Source of the DNA: Candidatus Wolframiiraptor sinensis
Lineage (GTDB): Archaea; Thermoproteota; Nitrososphaeria_A; Caldarchaeales; Wolframiiraptoraceae
DNA: 64,000 nucleotides
Reading direction: 5' to 3'
Assembly: GCA_023261815.1 (NCBI GenBank)
Contig: JALNKA010000002.1
Coordinates: 76,438 to 140,437, forward strand
The translations under genes were made by a program, and so were the position numbers. Positions 1 through 8,576 of the stretch are shown here, in pieces (positions within the stretch are counted from its first letter, which is position 1; each line of letters opens with the position of its first letter). The notes below the pieces were generated by a model. That model saw only the letters and a program-made list of their open reading frames with translations. It was not told the origin of the DNA and made no database searches.

Positions 1-998
1 AGGCCTATCTCCGTATAATCCGTCGCAACGCCCGCCATAAGGAACACGAGCGCGTTGCCGAAAGCCCCGGTCTGCCCGTAAATCTCTAGGGCGAGTGGGG
101 CCGTTCCCTCCGAGCACACCTCTATCACGGTCGCGAAGATCAGCGTCGCCAGCAAACCGGGGAGAGTCGGCCCCATATAATTCATGAGGATCTCCCCGGG
201 GACGTAGGCCCGAATCGCGGCGGCGATGAGCATCCCTATAACGATCCACCACAATATCATCCTAGTCAGCTCCCATGAGCCTTTAAGAACGCCGACCAGA
301 TCTCTGAAAACATTTCCAGCGCTGAGATCATACCCGCGCCACCTTGCCCTAATATCGACTAGAATCGAGAAGTTATCCTCGATGTTACCTTGGTGAGCGT
401 TGCACTCCACCAAGCCAGCCCTATCCAGCGCCTGATACAGTAGACCCGTGATTACGGCGATAGCTATCGCGGAGATGAGGAATATCAAGCCTTTAAGCCC
501 AAAGAGCCCGAGCAGCAGTATGGTGATCGGCAGGCTGGCCCACGGCGAGGCCAGTAGAAATGCGATCACGGCGGGTGTTGAAGCCCCCTTCCTATAAAGC
601 TCCATGGATATCGCGAGAATTCCATGGGAGCAGGCGGATGCGAGAAATCCAAGGCCAACCGAGTAGATCACGTTCCTCTTATCGTGCCGGGCGAGAAGTC
701 TCCAGACGTACTCACGCGGAACAAATCGGTCGATCAAGCCGCCCACGAGCAGCCCAACAGTCATCGGCAGCCATATAATCCCCACATAATCGTGGAATGA
801 GGATAATAGGCTCCCCAGAACCGATGCTCCGAATTTGTCTAAGACAATATGGGCCGCGTAGAGGGCGATCAGCCCCAAAGCTACTAGGAGAAGCCTCTCC
901 TCATACCACCTCTTAGATTCACGGGAACAAACATGACAGCACTCACCATCATGCTCGACCCCACAAGCACGACCCAAACTCTCAACCACCCCCAGCAC
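1..998 (-). CDS. Predicted permease, DUF318/COG0701 (ArsP/YraQ-like) family; partial, C-terminus lies beyond window start
   Basis: Minus-strand frame is open from position 1 up to a TAG at 1005-1007. Translation is TM-rich and contains two Cys-Ser repeats (ASACSHG, EVCSEG) typical of two-repeat DUF318 permeases. The N-terminus is Cys/His-rich (CGVEHDGECCHVCS). No in-frame ATG exists; candidate starts are GTG at 996-998 or 987-989. Not in the ORF track because it runs off the window. Confidence 0.55.
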   Translation of the reverse strand, partial: MLGVVESLGRACGVEHDGECCHVCSRESKRWYEERLLLVALGLIALYAAHIVLDKFGASVLGSLLSSFHDYVGIIWLPMTVGLLVGGLIDRFVPREYVWRLLARHDKRNVIYSVGLGFLASACSHGILAISMELYRKGASTPAVIAFLLASPWASLPITILLLGLFGLKGLIFLISAIAIAVITGLLYQALDRAGLVECNAHQGNIEDNFSILVDIRARWRGYDLSAGNVFRDLVGVLKGSWELTRMILWWIVIGMLIAAAIRAYVPGEILMNYMGPTLPGLLATLIFATVIEVCSEGTAPLALEIYGQTGAFGNALVFLMAGVATDYTEIG

Positions 999-1113
999 GG
1001 GCAGCTATACCCGCGAGAATCCCCATCAAATAACACCCCACCAAATATAACTTTGTTATCTACATAATAAACCTTGATGGGAATGCTTAAATTATGACAA
1101 TGTTATTTTACAC

Positions 1114-1874
1114 ATGATGCTTAACTTGAGCGATAGGGTGGCTATAGTGACCGGCGCAGGCCAGGGGATAGGCAGGGAGGTCTTCCTGCAGCTTGCTCAA
1201 GCCGGCGCAAAGGTGGTTTTGATCGATGTTAGTGATAAGGTTTTCGATGTTTTGAGGGAGATTAGGGGTTTTGGCGGAGATGGTCTGGCCATTAAATGCG
1301 ATGTATCGCGTTGGGAGGATGTTCAGGCGGCGGTGAATCAGGTACTGGATAAATTCGGGAGGATTGATATACTCGTCAATAATGCGGGCATTTATCCGTT
1401 TAAGCCGTTTACGGAGATGGGCGAGCAGGATTGGGATAAGGTTCTAGACGTAAATCTCAAGGGAGTATTCAATTTCACGAGGGCCGTTCTGCCGAGGATG
1501 ATTGAGCAGAGAAGGGGTAAGATAAGGGTAAGATAATAAACATATCCTCAATCGCTGGATCTGTCGTGGGCTTTCCGAACCTGGTCCACTACTCGGCTAG
1601 CAAGGCGGGGATAATTGGGTTCACGAGGGCGCTGGCCCTCGAGACAGCTCAATACGGCATAACCGTGAATGCGATATCCCCAGGTCCTATCGAGACGCCA
1701 GGCATAGGGGTTCTAAGCAAGGAGGCCTACGAGCAGGTGAGGCGAGCTATTCCCCTAGGGAGATTTGGGAAGCCGGAGGAGGTCGCCTACTTAGTGCTCT
1801 TTCTGGCGAGCGATAAATCGGACTTCATAACCGGGCAAAATATAGTGATAGATGGCGGCTACACAATACAGTAG
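1114..1874 (+). pseudogene. Short-chain dehydrogenase/reductase (FabG-like SDR) disrupted by an 11-bp tandem duplication
   Basis: ORF 1114-1536 carries the TGAGQGIG Rossmann motif and NNAG. ORF 1566-1874 carries the YSASK catalytic motif and PG. A perfect direct repeat gggtaagataa x2 at 1515-1536 shifts the frame. Deleting one copy restores the canonical RRGKIINISSIAGS. Confidence 0.8.
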
Positions 1875-1935
1875 AAGCGCCCCCAGCCTCCTCCAATATT
1901 TTTATGCACGGCATTTGTGGGCGCCGTGAAACTGA

Positions 1936-2898
1936 TTAGCCTTCCTCTTCTATAGCTATGGGCACTTCCAGCTCGAAGCTCCTGTATCCCCTCGTGATCA
2001 TCAGCTTGATTCTGCCCTTGTCCATTGATTCCTCCAAAATTTTTCTGAGATCGCTGATGCTGCGGATGGCGTGGCCGTTTGCCCCGGTTATTACATCCCC
2101 CTCCCTGATGCCGTAGATGTGCGCTGGGCTTCCCTCGAAAACCCTGACGACCAGAAGCCCCTCGGAGACCCTTAAGGATAAATATCTGGCAATATGCTCT
2201 CTCAGCGGCATCGTTATCACGCCGATCCAGGGCCTTAATGCTCTGCCATATCTGGAGACCATCTCGATGAATCTCTTTATCGTGTTTATCGGTATAGCGA
2301 AGCCGATTCCCTGGGCGTATGGTATCATGGCCGTAGTCATGCCTATGACCTCGCCCCTCATGTTGAGGAGCGGCCCGCCGCTATTGCCGGGATTTATCGC
2401 CGCGCCCGTCTGGATCAAGTCCTCCAAGATGAAGCCGTCGCCCTCGATAGTTCTCCCGACGGCGCTCACGATGCCGAGGCTAACATTCGGCCCGGGAAGC
2501 CCGAGAGGACTCCCAATAGCTAAAACCAGCTCTCCAACTTTGACTTCATCGGAGTCGCCGAGCTTCAGAGGCTTGAGATCCGCACCTGGAACTCTCAGGA
2601 GTGCGACATCACGGGATGGCGATCTAGCCTCAATTCTTCCCTCAAGCCTCCTACCGCCGATCAACACCTCTATAGACCCGCTCTCGGAGACCACGTGATT
2701 ATTGGTCACGAGATGCCCGTCGTGGGAGATGGCGAAAGCCGATCCTACGCCTCTCACGGGGACAGGCCTGAGGAAGGCATCCACCCTTATCCCAGTCGCT
2801 ATAACGCTCACAACGCTATTCCACGCCCCCTCGACCAAGTTGCTTATCTCTTTTGAGATCTGCTCCAGCAGCTCTCCAGACTGAAAACCACACCTCAT
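1936..2898 (-). CDS. htrA: HtrA/DegP-family serine protease with C-terminal PDZ domain
   Basis: Trypsin-like catalytic triad context (H..D..GNSGGPL) followed by a PDZ-like region; 320 aa. Confidence 0.9.
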   Translation of the reverse strand: MRCGFQSGELLEQISKEISNLVEGAWNSVVSVIATGIRVDAFLRPVPVRGVGSAFAISHDGHLVTNNHVVSESGSIEVLIGGRRLEGRIEARSPSRDVALLRVPGADLKPLKLGDSDEVKVGELVLAIGSPLGLPGPNVSLGIVSAVGRTIEGDGFILEDLIQTGAAINPGNSGGPLLNMRGEVIGMTTAMIPYAQGIGFAIPINTIKRFIEMVSRYGRALRPWIGVITMPLREHIARYLSLRVSEGLLVVRVFEGSPAHIYGIREGDVITGANGHAIRSISDLRKILEESMDKGRIKLMITRGYRSFELEVPIAIEEEG

Positions 2899-2926
2899 AC
2901 CGATATGAGGTTAGGTGCCGTGAGTT

Positions 2927-2963
2927 AAAAATGATTTGCGGGCCGGCAATCATCTGCCCGGCC
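2927..2963 (-). terminator. GC-rich hairpin (GGCCGG/CCGGCC, 11-nt loop) followed by a T5 tract on the minus-strand transcript, just after the HTH gene stop
   Basis: Inverted repeat 2941-2946/2958-2963. On the minus strand it is followed by cattttt (complement of 2927-2933). Confidence 0.35.
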
Positions 2964-2968
2964 GATCA

Positions 2969-3373
2969 TCAGATGCTCGATGCTACTTGTTTGGCGAATA
3001 TTGTTGGGCATACATTGCAGCGCGAGACATCAATCCTGGGATCAAGCCTCTTGTGATAGGAGCAGAAATACTTCATGGATAGAATGTAGGAGGTTATCTC
3101 GATAATCTTTTCATGAATTTTGTCTTCGTCAAGCTCGCCCATGAATATTTTTGCGGCGAGATCTTCGATCATCCGCGTTACATCGCTGAATCTGGTAAGC
3201 TTCATGCCAGCCCCTCTCTCCGACCTGATATACCTCGTGATTGCCGAGCGTGATAGGCCGAGCTTTCTAGCGGCCTCAGCCTCCATCATCCCCATCTTGA
3301 CAAGCTCTCTTGCCAAGTGCCGCCTCACGGAGGGCACCAGATACCTCGCGACCAGCTCAAATACGTCCCTCAT
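2969..3373 (-). CDS. Transcriptional regulator with a sigma-70 region-4-like HTH (DUF134/COG2522-like) and a C-terminal Cys/His cluster
   Basis: HTH segment EAEAARKLGLSRSAITRYI. C-terminal CSYH...C-N-V-C suggests a metal or redox site. Sits 2 nt downstream of the DUF438 gene on the same strand. Confidence 0.6.
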   Translation of the reverse strand: MRDVFELVARYLVPSVRRHLARELVKMGMMEAEAARKLGLSRSAITRYIRSERGAGMKLTRFSDVTRMIEDLAAKIFMGELDEDKIHEKIIEITSYILSMKYFCSYHKRLDPRIDVSRCNVCPTIFAKQVASSI

Positions 3374-3375
3374 GG

Positions 3376-4698
3376 CTATAGCACTATGATCTTCTTCCTT
3401 ATTTCTTCTGGATTGTTTATCACATCTGTGAAGTCCTCGACTATCTCGACCGTTCCGAGGAGCTCGCCTTCTTCATTTTTCACTCCGACTATCAGGACCC
3501 TTACTATCCTGTCGCCGATCCTCGTCCAGAACTCCCTGTAATCGGCCTTCCCCATCTTTATCTCGTCAACGACCTTCCTGACGGCGCCCTCGAGCCTCGG
3601 CGGATGACAGTACTCGAGTCTCCTCCCGATTATCGTCTTCGCCCTCACGAAGCGCTGGTGGAATACGCTCTCGGTGAAGAACTTGATCCTATCATCCTTA
3701 TTGGCATATGTGATCTCGATTGGAAGTGCTCTGAAGAGTGCTTTAACTTCCTCGGGGCTTAGGAACCCTGTCCCGAGATCCAGATCTCCTTCCGAGCGGA
3801 TTTCATAGGTGTCGGGCTGAAGGCTCTGCGAGAGGGCCATGATCCTGAACTCCTGCGGGAGCTTCTCGACCTGCTCCGGCGATATCCCGGCCTTCAGTTG
3901 ATGGGGCAGGATGGGCTCCGCCTCGCTTCTCCACCTCTCATCAACCTCAACTAGGTATCCGAGGTCCTCGGCTATCTCGGCTACCGCTGCCCACTCGCCC
4001 TCCGTTAGCAGGGCCCAGACGGCCGGAAAGAGTATCTTGTTCTCCCTGAAGACTAGGTCTGAGGTTTCATGGGCTATCTCGAGAGCTCTATTAGCCACCT
4101 CATTCACTCGAGATCTATTGAACTCGGTCTCCAACTTGCCGATCGCGTCTAGGAGGCCTCGAAGCTTCACCCTCACTTGGTCCTCTCTACCCCACATCAC
4201 CCTCGGAACAGCCACTATCCCCCTCCGCTCAAGATACGGGAACAACAGCATCTGGATCTTGCGATAGTGAAGCCTGATCTTCGCCAGCTCGAGAGCGGCT
4301 TGCTTCAAGCCCGCAAGAGCGCCTCTAGCCTCTTCATCGCTTCCAGCTTGCAGGATGGCGAAGGCATGTAGGCTCAGGGCATCCGCTTGCCTCACTATCC
4401 ACTCATTCTCCCTAATGAGAAGGTCGAGCGGGTGTCCCCTCGGAACTCCTTCGAGCTCCCTTGATCTGAGATGCTCCCTAAATAACTCGACATGAAGATC
4501 GCACAGCCTCAGTATCTCATCTATCTTAATGCCCTCTCTAACTAGCTGCTGCTCGATCAGTGGTATCTCGAAAGGAGATACCTGAGAAAGGACATCGCCG
4601 AACTCTCTTTTCAGCTTCTCAACACTCTCGCCAGCATGCAAAGCCTTCAAAATTCTCTTAATGGCCTCAATCTTATCAGGCGCGGATTTTGTTGACAC
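3376..4698 (-). CDS. DUF1858-hemerythrin-like(HHE)-DUF438 protein with C-terminal PAS domain (putative O2/NO/redox or metal sensor)
   Basis: N-terminal DUF1858-like helix bundle, His/Glu-rich hemerythrin-like segments, a central DUF438 region and a C-terminal PAS-like fold. This is the typical Pfam DUF438 protein architecture. Confidence 0.6.
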   Translation of the reverse strand: MSTKSAPDKIEAIKRILKALHAGESVEKLKREFGDVLSQVSPFEIPLIEQQLVREGIKIDEILRLCDLHVELFREHLRSRELEGVPRGHPLDLLIRENEWIVRQADALSLHAFAILQAGSDEEARGALAGLKQAALELAKIRLHYRKIQMLLFPYLERRGIVAVPRVMWGREDQVRVKLRGLLDAIGKLETEFNRSRVNEVANRALEIAHETSDLVFRENKILFPAVWALLTEGEWAAVAEIAEDLGYLVEVDERWRSEAEPILPHQLKAGISPEQVEKLPQEFRIMALSQSLQPDTYEIRSEGDLDLGTGFLSPEEVKALFRALPIEITYANKDDRIKFFTESVFHQRFVRAKTIIGRRLEYCHPPRLEGAVRKVVDEIKMGKADYREFWTRIGDRIVRVLIVGVKNEEGELLGTVEIVEDFTDVINNPEEIRKKIIVL

Positions 4699-4950
4699 GC
4701 GTCAACACCTCATACAATTTCTCTTCTTACTTGCTAATAAACCTTATCTCGCGAAAAAGCCCTGCATAAGGCATCACACCGCAAAGAGACGATAAACAAA
4801 TGTCTTGGATGATGTTGGGGTGCGGCGGGTCTGCCGGGGGAAATCATGTTTGGCGCCTCACATCCCTTCCATGAGAAGCGGAGATATTCGCATTTTATTG
4901 CTGAGGGATGTGGATGATGATCCTCGCCTGAAGTTTCTCGCGTTGCACGT

Positions 4951-5847
4951 TTAACGCGGGTAGACTTCCACGCCATTCGCGGGGTTTCGGCACTCCTTCT
5001 CGAACTCCTCCATCAGCCTTAGGGTTATTTTTCCGGCTCTACCATCCCCTATGATTCTTCCAGCAATCTTTGTTACCGGGAGGATCTCGGCTCCTGTTCC
5101 GGTCACGAATACCTCATCCGCCGTTATCAGCTCGAAGGGCGTTATCTCCCTTTCCTCGACCTGATATCCGAGCTTTCGGGCGAGCTTCATGGTGAAGGCC
5201 CTAGTTATCCCGGGCAGCATTCCAGTGGTCGGCGGCGGGGTTGCTATCACGCCGTTCTTGACCATGAATATATTCGTTGATGTTGTCTCGGCGACGAAGC
5301 CCCTCTCATCGAGCATGACCGCGTCATCGGCTCCTGCGCTTATCGCCTCGAGCTTCGCCAGAATGCTGTTCAAGTAGTTCAGGGATTTTATCTGATGCGT
5401 CGTCGCGTCAACCCTATCCCTCCTGACGGATGAGATTATCAGGGAGATCCCCCTCATCTTCGCCTCCCTGCTGTATAGTGTTAGAGCCGGCTCCGTGATG
5501 ATTATGACATTCGGGTTACTGCACTTCCTTGGATCTAGGCCGAGGTCTCCGATCCCGCGTGTAACCACGAGCCTTATGTATGCATCGCGCAGGCCATTTC
5601 TCCTCAGGGTCTCGACGACCGCCTCCACCATCTCATCTTTCGTCAATGGTATCTCGAGCATTATCGCCTTCGCCGAGTCGTATAGCCTATCGATGTGCTC
5701 TCTGAGCATGAAGACTACCCCATCGTATTCTCTTATCCCCTCGAAGACCCCGTCTCCGTAGAGGAATCCGTGATCGTAGACCGAGATCATGGCCCTGCTC
5801 TTGGGGTAATATTCCCCGTTAATGTAGACGAGAAGCTCGCCGCTCAT
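4951..5847 (-). CDS. ilvE: Branched-chain amino acid aminotransferase (fold type IV PLP enzyme)
   Basis: Class IV aminotransferase hallmarks (VFEGIR, TRG..DLGL, ETTSTNIF, VTGTGAE). Confidence 0.9.
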   Translation of the reverse strand: MSGELLVYINGEYYPKSRAMISVYDHGFLYGDGVFEGIREYDGVVFMLREHIDRLYDSAKAIMLEIPLTKDEMVEAVVETLRRNGLRDAYIRLVVTRGIGDLGLDPRKCSNPNVIIITEPALTLYSREAKMRGISLIISSVRRDRVDATTHQIKSLNYLNSILAKLEAISAGADDAVMLDERGFVAETTSTNIFMVKNGVIATPPPTTGMLPGITRAFTMKLARKLGYQVEEREITPFELITADEVFVTGTGAEILPVTKIAGRIIGDGRAGKITLRLMEEFEKECRNPANGVEVYPR

Positions 5848-5953
5848 GGCTTCTCTCAGCTTATAGTTTCCAGAAGATAAAAGTTCCGGCTGGGGGAGAG
5901 CGCCTCAGCTAAACAATTATAGCGGGTGGGGCGATTGAGATTCCGGGATCCTG

Positions 5954-6388
5954 ATGGTGGAGGAGCACTACGCGCTCGACCCGGTTGATCTCAAGATAAT
6001 AGAACTCCTGAGGAGGGATGGGAGAATGCCCTTCGTGGAGCTGGGGAAGAGGATCGGCTTATCCGAGGCGGCGGTTAGGCGGAGGGTGAAGATGCTCCAA
6101 GAGCGTGGGATACTCAGGAAGTTCACGATAGAGGTTGATGAGGGCTTTCAGGTGAGCGCGGTTATCTTCCTCCAGTTCGAGTCGAGCAGACTTCCGGGAG
6201 AGATAGTCGAGAAGATAGCGAAGGTGCCGGGCGTCCGGACGATCTACGAGCTGACCGGGAGATTCGACGCCATAGTGATAATCTCGGCATCCAAGATCTC
6301 GGAGCTTAATGAAAGAATAGACAGGATAAGAGCAATAGAGGGCGTGAGGAGCACGGAGACGGCGGTGGTTCTAAGGATCATAAGCTAG
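5954..6388 (+). CDS. lrp: Lrp/AsnC family transcriptional regulator
   Basis: N-terminal HTH (DLKIIELLRRDGRMPFVELGKRIGLSEAAVRRRV) plus a C-terminal RAM domain. Divergent from ilvE. Confidence 0.9.
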   Translation: MVEEHYALDPVDLKIIELLRRDGRMPFVELGKRIGLSEAAVRRRVKMLQERGILRKFTIEVDEGFQVSAVIFLQFESSRLPGEIVEKIAKVPGVRTIYELTGRFDAIVIISASKISELNERIDRIRAIEGVRSTETAVVLRIIS

Positions 6389-6561
6389 GGAGATAACGCT
6401 ATAAACCGCCTCGGGCGGAATCTTCCCGGAGAAGGATCGCATGGTAATATACGAGGAGCGCTGGGATCTCGGCAGGCTCGTGACATTCGTCCCGAACAAG
6501 AGGACGCCGATCTACAACTGGTTTTTTCTTTAAGGAAGGCTTCTCCCGGGAATTCGTCCAC

Positions 6562-7578
6562 ATGATGCTCCGGGAGTTCGATGCCGGTCCGGGCTCAATT
6601 ATCCTAGACCCGTTCCTAGGCTCGGGCACAACCCTACTGGCTTGCAAAGAGCTCGGCGTGGACGGCGTGGGCATCGACGTGGCCCCGCTCGCAGTCTTCG
6701 TGAGCAAAGTCAAGATAGCGGACTATGATCTGGAGGAGCTTAAGAGGGCCGCGAGCTGGCTCCTAAGCCAGCCATTCCAGAGGCCGGATCTCTCGGGCGT
6801 GAGCGGTTTCGTCAAGCAGTTCTTCCTAAAGCCATCGCTCGAGGACATAATCTTCTTCAGGGAGAAGATTCGCGAGATCGAGAACCCCCTCGTCAGGAAC
6901 TTCTTCACTCTGGCCCTCATGAACGCGGCGATGAAGGTTTCTCTCGCCTACAAGGATGGAGCGGTTTTAAAAGTGGTGAGGGATAAGCCTGTCCCACCCT
7001 TCAGGAAGTTCTTCAAGAGAATGGTCAAGAAGATGATAGGAGATTTGACGAGGCTGAGCTTCAAGCCATGCAGGCTGGAGGTGCATCTCGGCGACGCGAG
7101 GAAGATGGACTTCCTAGAAGATGAGATGTTCGACGCGATAATAACCTCGCCGCCATACCTCAACAAGATCGAGTACACGAAAGTTTACAGGATCGAGTAC
7201 GAGCTCTTTTTCGGCGACGTGAAGATAGATCCCATCAGGTCCTATCTCGGGCTGAATCCGAAGAACGTCGTGGACCAGTTTCCGGAGCTGAATCTTCCGG
7301 AGATCGCGAAAGCATACTTCCACGATATGAGGCTCTGCCTCGAGGAGATGTTCAGGGTCCTGAAGCCCGGCGGCAGGGTCGCGCTGGTCGTCGCCGGAGG
7401 AGCCTTCCCGGATAGGGTTGTCGAGTCGGATAAGCTCATCATGAAGCTCGCCGAGATCGTCGGGTTCGAGCCGGAGAGGCTGATCGCCGTGAACAAGAGG
7501 GTTGCGACAACACGGAGGGTGATAAAAATCGGAGAAGCGAGGGAGAGCATACTGATATTCTCGAAGCCGGCCCCCTAG
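6562..7578 (+). CDS. SAM-dependent methyltransferase, N6-adenine/N4-cytosine DNA MTase-like (DPFLGSGTT and SPPY motifs); possibly truncated or frameshifted at the N-terminus
   Basis: Motif I-like DPFLGSGTT near the N-terminus and motif IV-like SPPY about 170 aa later. An upstream ORF from ATG 6441 joins this frame if the T6 run at 6522-6527 is read as T5. No restriction-enzyme partner is evident. Confidence 0.6.
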   Translation: MMLREFDAGPGSIILDPFLGSGTTLLACKELGVDGVGIDVAPLAVFVSKVKIADYDLEELKRAASWLLSQPFQRPDLSGVSGFVKQFFLKPSLEDIIFFREKIREIENPLVRNFFTLALMNAAMKVSLAYKDGAVLKVVRDKPVPPFRKFFKRMVKKMIGDLTRLSFKPCRLEVHLGDARKMDFLEDEMFDAIITSPPYLNKIEYTKVYRIEYELFFGDVKIDPIRSYLGLNPKNVVDQFPELNLPEIAKAYFHDMRLCLEEMFRVLKPGGRVALVVAGGAFPDRVVESDKLIMKLAEIVGFEPERLIAVNKRVATTRRVIKIGEARESILIFSKPAP

Positions 7579-7621
7579 GATTCGGCAATTATCATATTCC
7601 TGCGCATAATCCTTAAGCGGC

Positions 7622-8521
7622 ATGCGGATAGTGAGCTACGACTTCGGCGATGAGCAGGATTACGGCTTCCTTCTTCCAGGAAATAGCGTGATACCGAGAT
7701 ACTTTGTCGAGGGAGTTCTCGGCGTGAGCTTACCGAGGGATGTTAAGGCGTTTCTGCCGGACAGGGAGCTAGTGGAGCTCATAAAGTCGATCATAGACAA
7801 GATTCCCGTGGAGGCGATATCATTGGAGGAGCTTCATCTGGGCCCGCCGATACCAAACCCAGGCAAGATAATCTGCCTCGGCTTGAATTATCTCGACCAC
7901 GCGGAGGAGGCGGGCCTCGAGCCACCCGAGGGAATGCCCATATTCATGAAGCCCGCGACAGCGCTCACGGGGCCATTCGACCCCATCATAAAGCCGAGGC
8001 GCGTCGAGAAGCTGGACTACGAGGTTGAGCTCGCAGTGGTGATCGCCAGCAGATGCAGAGACATCGAGCCCGAGGAGGCATACGAGAACATTTTCGGCTA
8101 CATGATCATGAACGATGTATCGGCTAGAGACATACAGTTCAGGGATGGCCAGTGGACTCGCGGGAAGATCATGGATACGTTCGCGCCGACCGGCCCATGC
8201 CTGGTTTCCAAGGAGGAGGTGGAAGACCCCCACAACCTCAGGATGCTCACGATCGTTAATGGAGAGATAAGGCAGAACTCCTCCACGTCCAAAATGATAA
8301 GGAAGATACCAGAGATAGTCTCGATCCTGAGCCAGGGAATGACCTTCGAGCCGGGGGACATAATAGCTACGGGGACGCCGGCGGGCGTCGGGATATTCCA
8401 TAAGCCGGAGCCTAAGCTCCTACAACCAGGAGACGCCGTCGAGATGTGGATCGAGAAGATCGGAACTATGAGAAACCACGTGATCTCGGCTGAATGGGCT
8501 TCACACCTTCCACGCAACTAA
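7622..8521 (+). CDS. Fumarylacetoacetate hydrolase (FAH) family protein (HpcE/2-keto-4-pentenoate hydratase-like)
   Basis: FAH-fold signature region (KIICLGLNY...MKP..ALTGP...YEVELAVVI...GTPAGVG). Confidence 0.85.
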   Translation: MRIVSYDFGDEQDYGFLLPGNSVIPRYFVEGVLGVSLPRDVKAFLPDRELVELIKSIIDKIPVEAISLEELHLGPPIPNPGKIICLGLNYLDHAEEAGLEPPEGMPIFMKPATALTGPFDPIIKPRRVEKLDYEVELAVVIASRCRDIEPEEAYENIFGYMIMNDVSARDIQFRDGQWTRGKIMDTFAPTGPCLVSKEEVEDPHNLRMLTIVNGEIRQNSSTSKMIRKIPEIVSILSQGMTFEPGDIIATGTPAGVGIFHKPEPKLLQPGDAVEMWIEKIGTMRNHVISAEWASHLPRN

Positions 8522-8576
8522 TTAGGAGGGAAAAACTATAAGCTCGGAGGAGCCGCGTTTCTAGGCGACTCCTGGG

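Noticed and set aside
560-778. 72-aa Arg-rich plus-strand ORF
   Set aside because: Lies antisense to the partial permease gene and is compositionally a GC-rich antisense artefact.
2117-2698. 193-aa plus-strand ORF inside the htrA region
   Set aside because: Antisense to a well-supported protease gene. Low-complexity Ser/Pro/Thr-rich translation, typical of antisense frames in GC-rich DNA.
4734-4976. 80-aa minus-strand ORF between the DUF438 gene and ilvE
   Set aside because: Sits in an intergenic/promoter region, overlaps the ilvE 3' end, and has a His/Pro/Arg-rich composition typical of chance ORFs.
7114-7623. 169-aa and 102-aa minus-strand ORFs overlapping the methyltransferase gene
   Set aside because: Antisense to a motif-bearing CDS, and they carry no motifs of their own.
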